Positions 37,888 through 47,517 are shown, numbered from the stretch's first letter. The stretch is 64,000 bases of DNA from Myxococcota bacterium (GCA_965247115.1 CBDFGR010000002.1:640001-704000); one strand, 5' to 3'. Notes: a model not told the origin generated them from the sequence alone. A program made the numbers and translations.

Positions 37888-39792
37888 CTATTCGACGCCA
37901 AACGCGAGCAGCACGTTGCCTGGGGCGGTCAGGGTGATGTTGTAACCGGATCCCATGAACAGCATACCCCCGACGATCGCCGGCCCATGGCCACCGATCG
38001 AGCCCCCCCTGGCTCGCACACCGTTCACCGTCTCGTACTCTTGCATGGTGTTGTATTCCCACAGGACCTCGCCGTCCGCCGTCGAGTACGCGCGCAGGGT
38101 GCCGTCCCTGGCCCCTGCGAACACAACGCCGGGGATGACCGTGGCCGCCCCGAACAGTCCCGAGCTGCACCAGGTCGCCTCGGGGTCGGAGCAGTTCGTC
38201 GGCTTCGCGTGCGTCGTGGACCAGACCCGCTCGCCCGTCGCTGGCCGGAGCGCGACCATCGCACCCGTCTCGTCGGTGTCGCATTGGATCCCCACGAACT
38301 CCTCGGCGGCACCGGCAGAGCATACCGCGAGGGGTCTGTAGTAGAGCTCTCCATCCGCGGCGGCGCCCATGCCGGAGCCTTGTGGCCACACTCCGTCACC
38401 GGCCTGCGCGACCCACAGCACAGCGCCGCTATCGTCGGGGTCCAGTGCCGTGATCCTCCCGCTCTCTTGTCCCGCGATCAGAATCTGGCGCCCGTTCGGC
38501 AGCGTGTACAGGACGGGCGACCCCGACACGTCGTCGTTGCGATTCCGTATGTGACCGGGGCAATTGATCGCGCGCTCGGCCTCGGTCGTCCCATCTCCCC
38601 CGCAGTTCTGATCGTTGGCCAAGAGCTGGGTCGACCAGCGCCTCTTGCCGGTGTCGAGGTCGAAGGCGATGACGGCGTCACTGGAGCCCGAGTCCGGCAC
38701 ATCGATATAGCCATTGCTCGTACCGACGTAGAGGACGCGGCGCCGGTAGTCGAGCGTGGGCGCCGCCCAGATCGCGGCACCCGATGGGCCGTACAGCTGC
38801 GTGCCGGCGGAGTTCTTCCTGATCGGCCTGGGACGTTCCGGGATTGTGTAGGTCTTCCAGATCTGCTGGCCGGTCTTCACGTCCAGGGCCACCACGCTGC
38901 CCTGGGACGTGCAGCACTCGTACGAGGGGTTGGAGGGGCGGACCTCCTCGTACGAGCCTACGGGGACATACAGGCGTCCCCCCTGGGCATCGAGCACAGG
39001 CGACCCCGAGATCTTTGCCGCGCTATGGTCGTCCACGCGCACCGTCCACAGCGGCTCGCCCGTTTCCGCGTCTACGGCGTGGACGTTCGGCCCCAAATCC
39101 CCGAAGTACGCGGCGTAGCGGTCTTGCGACCCGGGCACGGTCCCCACGTTGACGGCCGTCACGACGGCTTGCCCGGCCTCGAAGGACCAGTGCACGCAGC
39201 CGGTCTTCGCGTCGAGCGCGTACACCATCCCGTTGTCGCTACCCACGAATACCCGACCCCCAGCCACCGTCGGCTGACCCCGGACCTGGCTGCCCTCCGG
39301 AAAGCCGAACGCCCACTTGCGCCGCAGCCGCGGCACTTGCTCGGCCGTCAGCCCCGCCGCAGCGGACGGCTGAAAGCGAGCGCTGGACGTGGGATCGGGG
39401 CTCATGCCGTTCCAGTGCGGCCCGGCCGACGGATCGCCCATCGGCATGCCACTGGCGCAGCGGTTCGGCATCGCCGCAGCCGAGCGGTCCGCCGCGTTTC
39501 CGAACGGGCGCCCGGTCAGGGACATGGCCAGCCCGCGCCTCTCCTGCTCCGAGAGCTCGCTCACATTGGCCGCCATCGAGCCGGTCGTCAGCGCCTTGAA
39601 CACCCGCTCCGGGGAGAACGCTCGGAGGGCTTCGCGACTGACCGCGCCGGGGGCGTGACTGGTCGCTCCATGGCAGACCGCGCACTGCTCCTCGAAGAAG
39701 AAGAGCCACCGAGAATCCGTCACCTGCGCCGATGTCGCCATCGGCAGCAACACCGTGACGGCGACAGACGCCACAACAAACCACCTCATCAT
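37888..39792 (-). CDS. Periplasmic quinohemoprotein (PQQ beta-propeller with N-terminal heme c), polyvinyl alcohol dehydrogenase-like
   Basis: Signal peptide, CAVCH, repeated ALD..TG...W motifs, YECC, SGAAIW. Confidence 0.9.
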   Translation of the reverse strand: MMRWFVVASVAVTVLLPMATSAQVTDSRWLFFFEEQCAVCHGATSHAPGAVSREALRAFSPERVFKALTTGSMAANVSELSEQERRGLAMSLTGRPFGNAADRSAAAMPNRCASGMPMGDPSAGPHWNGMSPDPTSSARFQPSAAAGLTAEQVPRLRRKWAFGFPEGSQVRGQPTVAGGRVFVGSDNGMVYALDAKTGCVHWSFEAGQAVVTAVNVGTVPGSQDRYAAYFGDLGPNVHAVDAETGEPLWTVRVDDHSAAKISGSPVLDAQGGRLYVPVGSYEEVRPSNPSYECCTSQGSVVALDVKTGQQIWKTYTIPERPRPIRKNSAGTQLYGPSGAAIWAAPTLDYRRRVLYVGTSNGYIDVPDSGSSDAVIAFDLDTGKRRWSTQLLANDQNCGGDGTTEAERAINCPGHIRNRNDDVSGSPVLYTLPNGRQILIAGQESGRITALDPDDSGAVLWVAQAGDGVWPQGSGMGAAADGELYYRPLAVCSAGAAEEFVGIQCDTDETGAMVALRPATGERVWSTTHAKPTNCSDPEATWCSSGLFGAATVIPGVVFAGARDGTLRAYSTADGEVLWEYNTMQEYETVNGVRARGGSIGGHGPAIVGGMLFMGSGYNITLTAPGNVLLAFGVE

Positions 39793-39956
39793 CGTGCCTC
39801 CTCTTCGTCGGCCACGTCTCTGGAGCAGTGGCTCATCTTGGCCGCCACAATGGCAGCGGACTGCCTGCGGGTCAATCTCGCCGCTTCCAATCTCGGCCGG
39901 GGCCTCGTAGGGTAGGTGAGGAGAGTACCCATCCCGATGTCCGACTGCGTATCCCC

Positions 39957-40100
39957 GGTCAGGAGCTCCACGGTCTCCATGCCCCGACCCGCCCGCTACG
40001 CGCCGATCGCCAGGTTCGGACGCACCTCCTCACGCACGTGCCGGGAAGTGGCCCCCGGGAACATGATCAGGCCGTCGCCAATCTCACTGGCGAGCTTCGG
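39957..40100 (-). pseudogene. Internal remnant of an LLM/F420 oxidoreductase with TAG at 39996-39998
   Basis: Manual translation LASEIGDGLIMFPGATSRHVREEVRPNLAIGA*RAGRGMETVELLTG matches the LLM pattern LAGE.ADG...GA.RAGR. Confidence 0.55.
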
Positions 40101-40198
40101 GTCGAGCTGATCGGCGGGCAGCGGATCCAGAGTGCGGTTTGTCCAGGCGGATCGTCACTCTCCCTTCCGGTGTGCGGAGTTTCCCGTACAATGGGCTC

Positions 40199-40837
40199 AT
40201 GGTACAGATCGTCGTTCTCGATCCGTCGGCGTCGCCGCGTGTCACCACGCGGCCCTTGGCCGACCGGCCGACCTCGCTCGTAGGCGCGCGGATCGGCTTC
40301 CTCAGCAACAAGAAAGCCAATGCAGACCTGCTCCTAGACGCGCTTCGGGGCCTCCTGCTCGACCGACTCGGCGGCTTCGAGACCCTTCGAGCCGAGAAGT
40401 CCGCCCCGCTGCCGGCTCCCAAAGAGGTACTCGAGGAGCTCGCCGGCTGCGACGCGGTCGTCAGCGCGATCGCCGATTGAGGCTCCTGCACGTCGTGGAG
40501 TCTCCACGACATGCTGACGCTCGAGGGGCGCGGTGTCCCGACCGCCCTCGTCGCGAGCGACGAGTTCGCGCCACTCGGCCGAGCCGAGTCCATCGCGCGC
40601 GGTCTGCCCGGTCTACCGCTCGTCACGGTGCCGCACCCGCTCGCCGGGAACCTGTCCGAGCTGGTGCGCGCCAAAGCGTCTGGGTGCGTGGACGAGGTCG
40701 TCCAGGTGCTGACCCAGAACGCCCAGGAGCTCGGCGCGCGCTATGAGCCGCGCTTTCAGCAGCTCGCCGAGCGCCGGCTCTCGCAAGACGCGGTCTGCAC
40801 AGACGCCGTTTGCGCCATCGATCCCGCCTACCGGTGA
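40199..40837 (+). CDS. UGSC-family selenoprotein (Sec at TGA 40478-40480), 212 aa
   Basis: ORFs 40139-40480 and 40511-40837 share a frame; readthrough gives CDAVVSAIAD-U-GSCTSWSLHD..LEGRGVP; SECIS hairpin follows. Confidence 0.9.
40488..40514 (+). promoter_or_regulatory. Bacterial SECIS element
   Basis: GCA-C-GTCGTGG[AGTCT]CCACGAC-A-TGC stem-loop; apical loop 18 nt after UGA with G at loop position 2. Confidence 0.8.
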
Positions 40838-40898
40838 GCGCACAGATCGACCGCGCGGTATGTGAGCGCACACAGCGACACCGCGCTCCCAGGCTGAG

Positions 40899-41939
40899 AT
40901 GAACGCGCGGCGCGTCACCCTCGACGACTCCCCCGAGGCCGTCGACGCGTACTTCGCCGAGCAAGGCTGGTCCGACGGCCTTCCGATCGTCCCGCCAACA
41001 CCGGAGCGGGTCGAAGCCTTCGTGGCCGCGGCGGGGGGAACGGCCGAGCGCGAGCTCGGCGCGGTCCCGCCCCGAAACGGCATTGCGACGCTCGAGAAGC
41101 TCGCGATCAACGCGGTGATGGCGGGTTGCCGACCCGAGTACTTCCCTGTTATCACGACCGCCATCGCGGCAATGCTCGAGGAACCCTTCAACCTGTACGG
41201 CGTCCAGAGCACGACCCACCCGTGCGCGCCTTTGGTGATTGTGAACGGTCCCCTGGCCCACCGACTCGAGCTGAACGCACGCTACAACTGCTTCGGCCCC
41301 GGCTCGCGCGCGAACGCCACCATTGGCAGGGCGATCCGGCTGATCCTGTTGAACGTCGGCGGCGCCGCCCCGGGCGTCCTCGACCGCGCCACCCAGGGCC
41401 AGCCCTCGAAGTACGCCTTTTGCATCGCGGAGAACGAAGAAGAAAACCCCTGGTCGCCGCTCCACGTCGAGCGCGGCTTCGCGCCGGACGACAGCACGGT
41501 GACCGTGTGCGGCGCCGAGAACCCGCACAACATCAACGATCACGTGAGCGATACGGCGGAAGGCATCCTCGTCACGGTCGCCGCGTCCATGGCGAACATG
41601 GGCTGCAACAACGCCTACCTGTTTGGCGAGCCGATCCTGGCACTCGGCCCGGAGCACGCCGCGCTGTTGGAACGCGACGGCGTCGGCAAAGACGAGATCC
41701 GCCGCTTCGTGTTCGAACACGCCCGCATCCCGCGCGCGGTGTGGGAGCGGGGCGGGATGTTCGGGATGTCGGGTGCGCGCACCGATCTCTTCCCCGATGC
41801 CGACGCGCTGCCCATCCTGCGGCGGCCTGAGGACTTGATCGTGATCGTCGCCGGAGGCCCCGGCCGCCACTCCTCGTGGCTGCCGACCTTCGGCGCCATG
41901 ACGCGGGCGGTTACGCGGAGAATCGAGAGCTCCGCCTAA
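40899..41939 (+). CDS. Conserved protein of unknown function, UGSC-associated
   Basis: GWSDGLPIVPPTPERV, NAVMAGC.PEY, RANATIGRA, AENEE..PW motifs; directly after the UGSC gene. Confidence 0.85.
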   Translation: MNARRVTLDDSPEAVDAYFAEQGWSDGLPIVPPTPERVEAFVAAAGGTAERELGAVPPRNGIATLEKLAINAVMAGCRPEYFPVITTAIAAMLEEPFNLYGVQSTTHPCAPLVIVNGPLAHRLELNARYNCFGPGSRANATIGRAIRLILLNVGGAAPGVLDRATQGQPSKYAFCIAENEEENPWSPLHVERGFAPDDSTVTVCGAENPHNINDHVSDTAEGILVTVAASMANMGCNNAYLFGEPILALGPEHAALLERDGVGKDEIRRFVFEHARIPRAVWERGGMFGMSGARTDLFPDADALPILRRPEDLIVIVAGGPGRHSSWLPTFGAMTRAVTRRIESSA

Positions 41940-41992
41940 AGCCGGCCGACACACGAGCGCGAATCGAGCGCGCGACACAGGAGGGGTAGGCG

Positions 41993-42765
41993 ATGCTGCG
42001 TTTCGAGGAGTACGCGGAAAAGTACGAGACCATCCGGATGCGGCGCGAGGACGGCATCCTGGAGCTCACGTTCCATACGGGGGGTGACACGCTGCAGTGG
42101 GGCTCCAGCCGCACGCGGAGTTCCCAGAGGCGTTCCGGGACATCGGGAGCGATCCCGATAACCGCGTCGTGATCGTGACGGGGACCGGCGAGGGCTTTTC
42201 GGGCCCGCACGCCACGCCCGATCGCTCGCTCCACCTGACGCCCGCGCAGTGGGATCGCGTTTACTGGGAGGGCAAGCAGCTCCTCATGAACTTGCTCGAC
42301 ATCGAGGTCCCGATGATCAGCGCGATCAACGGGCCGGCGCTACGCCACTCCGAGATCCCGCTCCTGTGCGACATCGTGCTCGCGGCGGAGGAGGCGGCCT
42401 TCCAGGACTCGGCCCACTTCCCGAACGGCATGACCCCCGGCGACGGCATGCACGTGGTCTACCCTCTGCTGCTCGGACTAAACCGGGGCCGCTACTTCCT
42501 GCTAACGGGCCAGACCCTCTCCGCGCGGGAGGCGCAGGCGATGGGACTCGTGAACGAGGTGCTGCCGAGGGACCAGCTGCTCGAGCACGCTTGGACTCTG
42601 GCGCGCGAGCTCGCCCAGAAGCCGCGCCTCGTACTGCGCTACAGCCGCGTGCTGCTGGTCCAGCAAGTAAAGCGACAGATGCAGGAAATGCTCGGCTACG
42701 GCCTCGCGCTCGAGGGGTTGGGCGTCGCGGATGCGACGCCACCGGAGGCCGCCTCGACAGGTTGA
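41993..42765 (+). CDS. Crotonase-fold beta-diketone hydrolase (6-oxocamphor hydrolase-like), 1-nt frameshift near 42100
   Basis: MLRFEEYAEKYETIRMRREDGILE..HT.G..LQWG joins LQPHAEFPEAFRDI..WDRVYWEG..FQDSAH..PGDG; one G missing from a G run. Confidence 0.85.
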
Positions 42766-42839
42766 GCGCGATATCGCGTTCGTATAGCTTGCTCGAGCAG
42801 GGTCTCTCTTCCGCGAGAACACGCGTCGGAGGTGCGCAG

Positions 42840-43982
42840 ATGCGAGTCGGCCTGTCCCTTTTCTTCCAGAACTACTACGACTGGGGGCGCTTCGAGGCGC
42901 GCGAGGAGGAGGCGCCGATCGGCCTGGACGCGGGCGTCTACGAGGACGAGATCTCACTGGCCGACATGGCTTCCGAGTACGGCTTCAACTCGCTCTGGAC
43001 GGTCGAGCACCGGGTGTCGCCCAACACCTTGGTCCCGGACCCATCGGTCATGCTCGCGTACCTGGCCGGCCGCACGCACCTGGACATCGGCACGATGGTC
43101 ATCGTGCTGCCGTGGCACGACCCCTTGCAGACCGCCGAGCACATCACCATGTTGGACAACCTGCTCCAGGGCGGGCGGCTCACCATCGGCTTCGGCCGCG
43201 GCGCCGGCCGGCGCGAGTTCGACGCGCTGCGCATCTCGATGAGCGAGTCGCGCGGTCGCTTCCTGGAGGCGCTCGAGGTCGTTCGCAAGGCCCTCACCCA
43301 GGAGCGGTTCTCGCACGAGGGCGAGTTCTTCCAGATCCCCGAGACGACCGTGCGCCCGCGGCCGCGCAGCTCCGACTTGCTGGACCGCATGTACTGCGCG
43401 TGGGGCAGCCCCGAGACGCTGCCGATCGCCGCCGAGGCCGGTCTGAACATGCTCGTGATCCCCCAGGCCAGCTGGGAGGAGTACGGCAGCCAGATGCGGC
43501 AGTCCAACTCCATCCGCGCCGAGCACGGCTGGGACCCGATTCAGCCGATCGTCGTGTGCCATGTGTTCTGCCACGAGGACCCGAATGAGGCCCGCAAGCT
43601 GGCCGTGCACTACATCACGGAGTACTACGAGACCGTCACGTGGCACTACCGCTTCCAGGAGCTGGATGAGCCGAGCTACAAGCACTACAAGCAGATGGGC
43701 GCGGGCCTGAAGCACGTCGCCGAGACGGCCAAGCTGAAGACACCCGAGGAGTACCTGGGCTCTGCCTTCGACTGGGTCCACGGCTCGGCCGTTTGCGGCA
43801 CGCCGGACCAGTGCGTCGCCAAGCTCAAAGAGGTGCAGGAGATGACCGGCGCCTCCGAGGTCGTGTCGATCTTCAAGTATGGCGGCATGCCGCGCGACGT
43901 CGCAGCGAGCAGTCTGAAGCTGTTCGCTGAGAAGGCGCTGCCCCAGGTCAAGGGGCTCAACGCCAAGCTGCCCAACTTCTAG
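42840..43982 (+). CDS. LLM-class flavin-dependent oxidoreductase
   Basis: WTVEH, VLPWHDP, IGFGRG; GGAGG RBS before ATG 42840. Confidence 0.92.
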   Translation: MRVGLSLFFQNYYDWGRFEAREEEAPIGLDAGVYEDEISLADMASEYGFNSLWTVEHRVSPNTLVPDPSVMLAYLAGRTHLDIGTMVIVLPWHDPLQTAEHITMLDNLLQGGRLTIGFGRGAGRREFDALRISMSESRGRFLEALEVVRKALTQERFSHEGEFFQIPETTVRPRPRSSDLLDRMYCAWGSPETLPIAAEAGLNMLVIPQASWEEYGSQMRQSNSIRAEHGWDPIQPIVVCHVFCHEDPNEARKLAVHYITEYYETVTWHYRFQELDEPSYKHYKQMGAGLKHVAETAKLKTPEEYLGSAFDWVHGSAVCGTPDQCVAKLKEVQEMTGASEVVSIFKYGGMPRDVAASSLKLFAEKALPQVKGLNAKLPNF

Positions 43983-44046
43983 GCCTTACCGCTCTTTCGC
44001 CTTCCAGCTCCGGCCGCTCGCCTGCGAACTCGCCCCTGCGCTCCGC

Positions 44047-44060
44047 CGAGTGTACACTCG
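44047..44060. promoter_or_regulatory. Perfect 14-bp palindrome, candidate operator
   Basis: CGAGTGTACACTCG, 32 bp upstream of the TauD start. Confidence 0.5.
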
Positions 44061-44092
44061 ATTCGAGTACCGCAAGCGAGGAGGGGCAGACC

Positions 44093-45031
44093 GTGCGACT
44101 CGAGATCCGTCCTCTGCAAGAGCCGGTGGGAGCGCTCGTCCACGGCTGGCGGCCGGACGAGGAGCTGACCGCCATGGACTGCGACACCATTGTCGCTGGG
44201 CTCCGCGAACATCTGGTCCTGGTCTTCCGAGGTCACGAGCAGCCCAGCGACATCGCTCTGGTGCGCTTCGCCAGTCACTTCGGAGACCTGGTAAAGGGCT
44301 CGGAATGGTTCCGAGACGCGGGACAGCATCCGGCGGAGATCCTCCCGGTCTCGAACACCATGGGCGCCGACGGTGTCCCTGAGGGAACCGGCGCCTCCAT
44401 GGAGCTCAACTGGCACTCTGACTACTCGTACGTGGACCGTCCGGGCAAGGAGAGCTTCCTCGAGGCCATGGAGCTGCCAGACGATCCGCCACTCACCAGC
44501 TTCTGCAGCCAGTACGTCGCCCTCGAGACGCTACCGCCGGAGACCGTCGACAGGCTGCGGACGCTACGAGCGTTCCACAGCATTACGAACCTGCGCCGAG
44601 ACGGCGTCGAAACCGAGGCGCAACGCGACTACCGGGCCGGGTTCAAGGCGAAGCGTGCCCGAGACAAAGCGGCCGGAATCGAGCGTCCGAACATCCCGAA
44701 CGCGGAGCACCCTGTCATCGTGCGCCATCCCGAGTCGGGTCGCGAGCTGCTCTACGTCAGCCCGGGGATCACGCGTCACCTCGTCGGCCTGCCGCACGAC
44801 GAGAGCAAGTCGCTGCTCCAGGAGCTCTGCAAACACTCCACCCGCCCGGGGGGCGTCTACGCCCACAACTGGGAGGTGGGAGACATGATCGTGTTCGACA
44901 CGCTAGGCGCGATGCACCGGCGCGAAGCCTGGGATAGAAAGCAGCGGCGGCGCATGCGGCAGCTCAGCACGATGGTAACGGGCGGAACGGACGGGATCCA
45001 AGTCCGCGATTCAGCTCCCTTGTCTTGCTAG
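44093..45031 (+). CDS. TauD/TfdA Fe(II)/2OG dioxygenase
   Basis: LVFRG, WHSD, HPVIVRHPESGR, W..GD...FD...MHR. Confidence 0.92.
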   Translation: MRLEIRPLQEPVGALVHGWRPDEELTAMDCDTIVAGLREHLVLVFRGHEQPSDIALVRFASHFGDLVKGSEWFRDAGQHPAEILPVSNTMGADGVPEGTGASMELNWHSDYSYVDRPGKESFLEAMELPDDPPLTSFCSQYVALETLPPETVDRLRTLRAFHSITNLRRDGVETEAQRDYRAGFKAKRARDKAAGIERPNIPNAEHPVIVRHPESGRELLYVSPGITRHLVGLPHDESKSLLQELCKHSTRPGGVYAHNWEVGDMIVFDTLGAMHRREAWDRKQRRRMRQLSTMVTGGTDGIQVRDSAPLSC

Positions 45032-46188
45032 GTGGTCTTCGCGTGGCCGAACCTTCGCGCCATTGCGAGGTAGCAGATCAATGCGACTGCGATCGCCCCG
45101 GCGAGCAGGCCGTAGATGCTCCGAAGTCCGAAGGCCACAGACAGTGACCCGGAGAGCGCCGGGCCGAGAGCGCCGCCGAGTGTCTGCGCCGCCGGAACAA
45201 GTACGATGTAGCGCCCCGCCAGGTCGACGTTCGCGATCAGGTTCATCTGGTACGGCAGGCTGAAGTTCCACGCGACGTTGAAGATCAGCGCTGCGGCGGT
45301 GAACCCGAGGCCAGTGCGTACGTCGAGCGCTATGAGGATGAAGATCAGGAACAGGACTGGCGACGCCCACAGCGCCGGCGCGAACGGCAGCCGCTGACCG
45401 AGCGCACCTGCTAGCGCCGCCCCGCTCGCGCCGAGTACCATCGACGTAGCGAGGGCGGTGCCGATGGCCTCCCCGGATACGCCTGTCGCGTTCCCGATGC
45501 GTTCGAGGAACGCCCACGTACCGTTCAGTCCAACGAAGTAGATCGCCATTGCCGCGATGCCGAGCAGCGCCCATCGATGCAAGTTGACGCGCCCCTCGGC
45601 TGCCGGCGGTTCGGGCCGCCCTGGTCGCTCACCGCCGTCGGGGATCCAGCGAAGCAAGAGCAGCGCGGGAGCGAAAAGGGCCAATAGCACGGCGACCACG
45701 CCGGGGAACCCATAGCGCGGCACGGCGAACGCAGGGATCAAGAACAGCGCCACAGCGGCCAGCAGCACCTGCGCTGTGATGCTGAACCCGAAGGCTCGCG
45801 CGGGGTCGCGGGCGTCGGACAACGCGGCCAATGCGGGCGCGAAGATCGACGCCATCGCTACGCCGATCAGCGGAAACACGATCAGCAAGCCAGCAAACGA
45901 GTCGACCGTGTAGAGCGCCGCGATCGCAGCGACGCCGCTGCAGATCGACCAGCCGACGTGTCGCCGCCACCGCACGCGGCGGACCCAGAAGTACGACGAC
46001 ACGAGCACAACCGATGCACCGAGCAGCCCGACAGCGGCGAGCAGGCCGAGCTCGTCGTTACTGGCGCCGAACCCGTCTGCCACCGCCCCGAGTAGCACCG
46101 GCATGGTGTTGAACAGAATGGCCCCGACGGCGGTCATGTAGCTCGCGGCGGCCATCGGGCCAAGTTCGTCGATCCCGGATCGCTTCAT
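45028..46188 (-). CDS. MFS transporter
   Basis: About 12 hydrophobic segments; P.RAFG and WAFLERIG motifs. Confidence 0.88.
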   Translation of the reverse strand: MKRSGIDELGPMAAASYMTAVGAILFNTMPVLLGAVADGFGASNDELGLLAAVGLLGASVVLVSSYFWVRRVRWRRHVGWSICSGVAAIAALYTVDSFAGLLIVFPLIGVAMASIFAPALAALSDARDPARAFGFSITAQVLLAAVALFLIPAFAVPRYGFPGVVAVLLALFAPALLLLRWIPDGGERPGRPEPPAAEGRVNLHRWALLGIAAMAIYFVGLNGTWAFLERIGNATGVSGEAIGTALATSMVLGASGAALAGALGQRLPFAPALWASPVLFLIFILIALDVRTGLGFTAAALIFNVAWNFSLPYQMNLIANVDLAGRYIVLVPAAQTLGGALGPALSGSLSVAFGLRSIYGLLAGAIAVALICYLAMARRFGHAKTT

Positions 46189-46212
46189 CGGCTCCTTGCT
46201 CGACGCGGAGCG

Positions 46213-46698
46213 CTAGCGGCCCATCTTGAGCCGGTCTTCCTGGGCCCAGCCTTCGCTGAAGGGGACGGTGAAGTAGGGGGTCAAGCGCATGGACTTGAAC
46301 TTCCAGCTGCCGTTCTCGCGGATGTACTCGTCGTCGTAGCGGGCGGCGACGAAGTAGGCCTCGCCGCCGGAGATGGTCTTCGCCTCGAGGTAGCAGAAGC
46401 CGCGACCCGTGTCGCCGTCTACGTCCACGATGTGGTTGTGGATGAACTGCTTGACGAACGGCAGCAGGCCGGGGATTGCGTCGAAGAAGCGGGTGAGCTC
46501 GTCCCTGCCTCGGGCGCTGCCAAGGTAATCAAAGTCGAGCTCCGCGTCGTCGCTGAAGAGATCGGGGATGCCGGATGGCTTGCTCTCGTTGAAGCTCTCG
46601 TGATAGCGGCCGCGCAGGCGCCGGATCTGTTCGATATCCGTGAGCTCCTGGACCCGCGCCTCGAGGGCGCTGATCCGCTCTTCCATGTCCTGTGTCAT
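46213..46698 (-). CDS. NTF2/SnoaL_4 family protein (BaiE/LinA-like)
   Basis: L.DIEQIRRL..RY, IHN.IVDVDGD, Y.DEY.R..G.WKF; GGAGGAG RBS. Confidence 0.88.
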   Translation of the reverse strand: MTQDMEERISALEARVQELTDIEQIRRLRGRYHESFNESKPSGIPDLFSDDAELDFDYLGSARGRDELTRFFDAIPGLLPFVKQFIHNHIVDVDGDTGRGFCYLEAKTISGGEAYFVAARYDDEYIRENGSWKFKSMRLTPYFTVPFSEGWAQEDRLKMGR

Positions 46699-46821
46699 GT
46701 CCACTCCTCCCTCCAGCCGCGGGCCGTGCGCAGCGCGCGGATGCTTCCCTGCTTGATGTACAACTCTTCTCGCTTCACCCCTGCACCGATCAGCCTCAGT
46801 CGACCTCAATCATCGATCGCC

Positions 46822-46887
46822 TTGTTCCAGCGTCTGGCCCTCGGCGCGGGCGATCAGCACCCCCAGGATGTCCGAGCCGCTGTGGTA
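46822..46887 (-). pseudogene. Short scrap of a beta-lactamase-family serine hydrolase
   Basis: YHSGSDILGVLIARAEGQTLEQ matches the Y...SD.LG.LI.R..G..L motif. Confidence 0.45.
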
Positions 46888-47009
46888 CCCTCCCGAGCCC
46901 GTCGGGAATCCTCGAGTAGTGCATGCGCGGCCTCGCAACGCTCTCAGTTCTACTCGATTAGGCCCGAGGTGGGTGCGCGGAGGGCTCGAAGCGTGTCAGG
47001 CGACGCGGC

Positions 47010-47396
47010 CTAGCTCGCGGACGCCGGGTCGGGCCTTCGCCCCGCCAGCAGCAGGACCGCGACCATCGCGATCTCGATCCCGATCACGATTGCCATGCCT
47101 GCGTGGAACCCGTCGGCGAAGAGGCCGATCGTCCGCCCGACGGCCAGGGCGCCGACGATGACCGCGGCGGCGTTCAAGAGCTGGCCGTGTCCCGCGCGTA
47201 GGCCCAGCACGCAGAGCACTGTTGCACCCACGAAGAGCCCTCCGAGCTCGGCGCGCGCCGTGCTCAACGCGGGCAGGCCCTGGAGCATGATTCCCTGCTC
47301 CGAGGCGATGGACTCGGGCGCGAACATCCAGCGGACGCCCAGAAACGCGAAAAGCAGCGCGGTGAGTCCCACGCCGATATTCAGAGCAATGCGCAT
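47010..47396 (-). CDS. Four-TM membrane protein (DUF4345-like)
   Basis: G.RWMFAP, ARA.LGG, GR...L..DG; AGGAGGAG RBS. Confidence 0.8.
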   Translation of the reverse strand: MRIALNIGVGLTALLFAFLGVRWMFAPESIASEQGIMLQGLPALSTARAELGGLFVGATVLCVLGLRAGHGQLLNAAAVIVGALAVGRTIGLFADGFHAGMAIVIGIEIAMVAVLLLAGRRPDPASAS

Positions 47397-47517
47397 CGGT
47401 CTCCTCCTGGTTGGTGACGCACGATACCTGAGATGAACGCGTTGAGTCTAGGTCAAGTAAGGGCAGTCTGAGGGTCTGATCACGCCTTGCCTCAAGTTAT
47501 CTGGTCGTTCTGAGTTC

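Noticed and set aside
37421..39915. Long ORFs such as 37468-39915(+), also 57962-60286(+), 7348-9222(+) and 6-1004(+)
   Set aside because: Antisense shadows of well-supported genes in high-GC DNA
31692..43625. 85-bp repeat pair as a DGR template/variable repeat
   Set aside because: Mismatches are not adenine-specific, there is an indel, the target is mid-gene, and no reverse transcriptase is present
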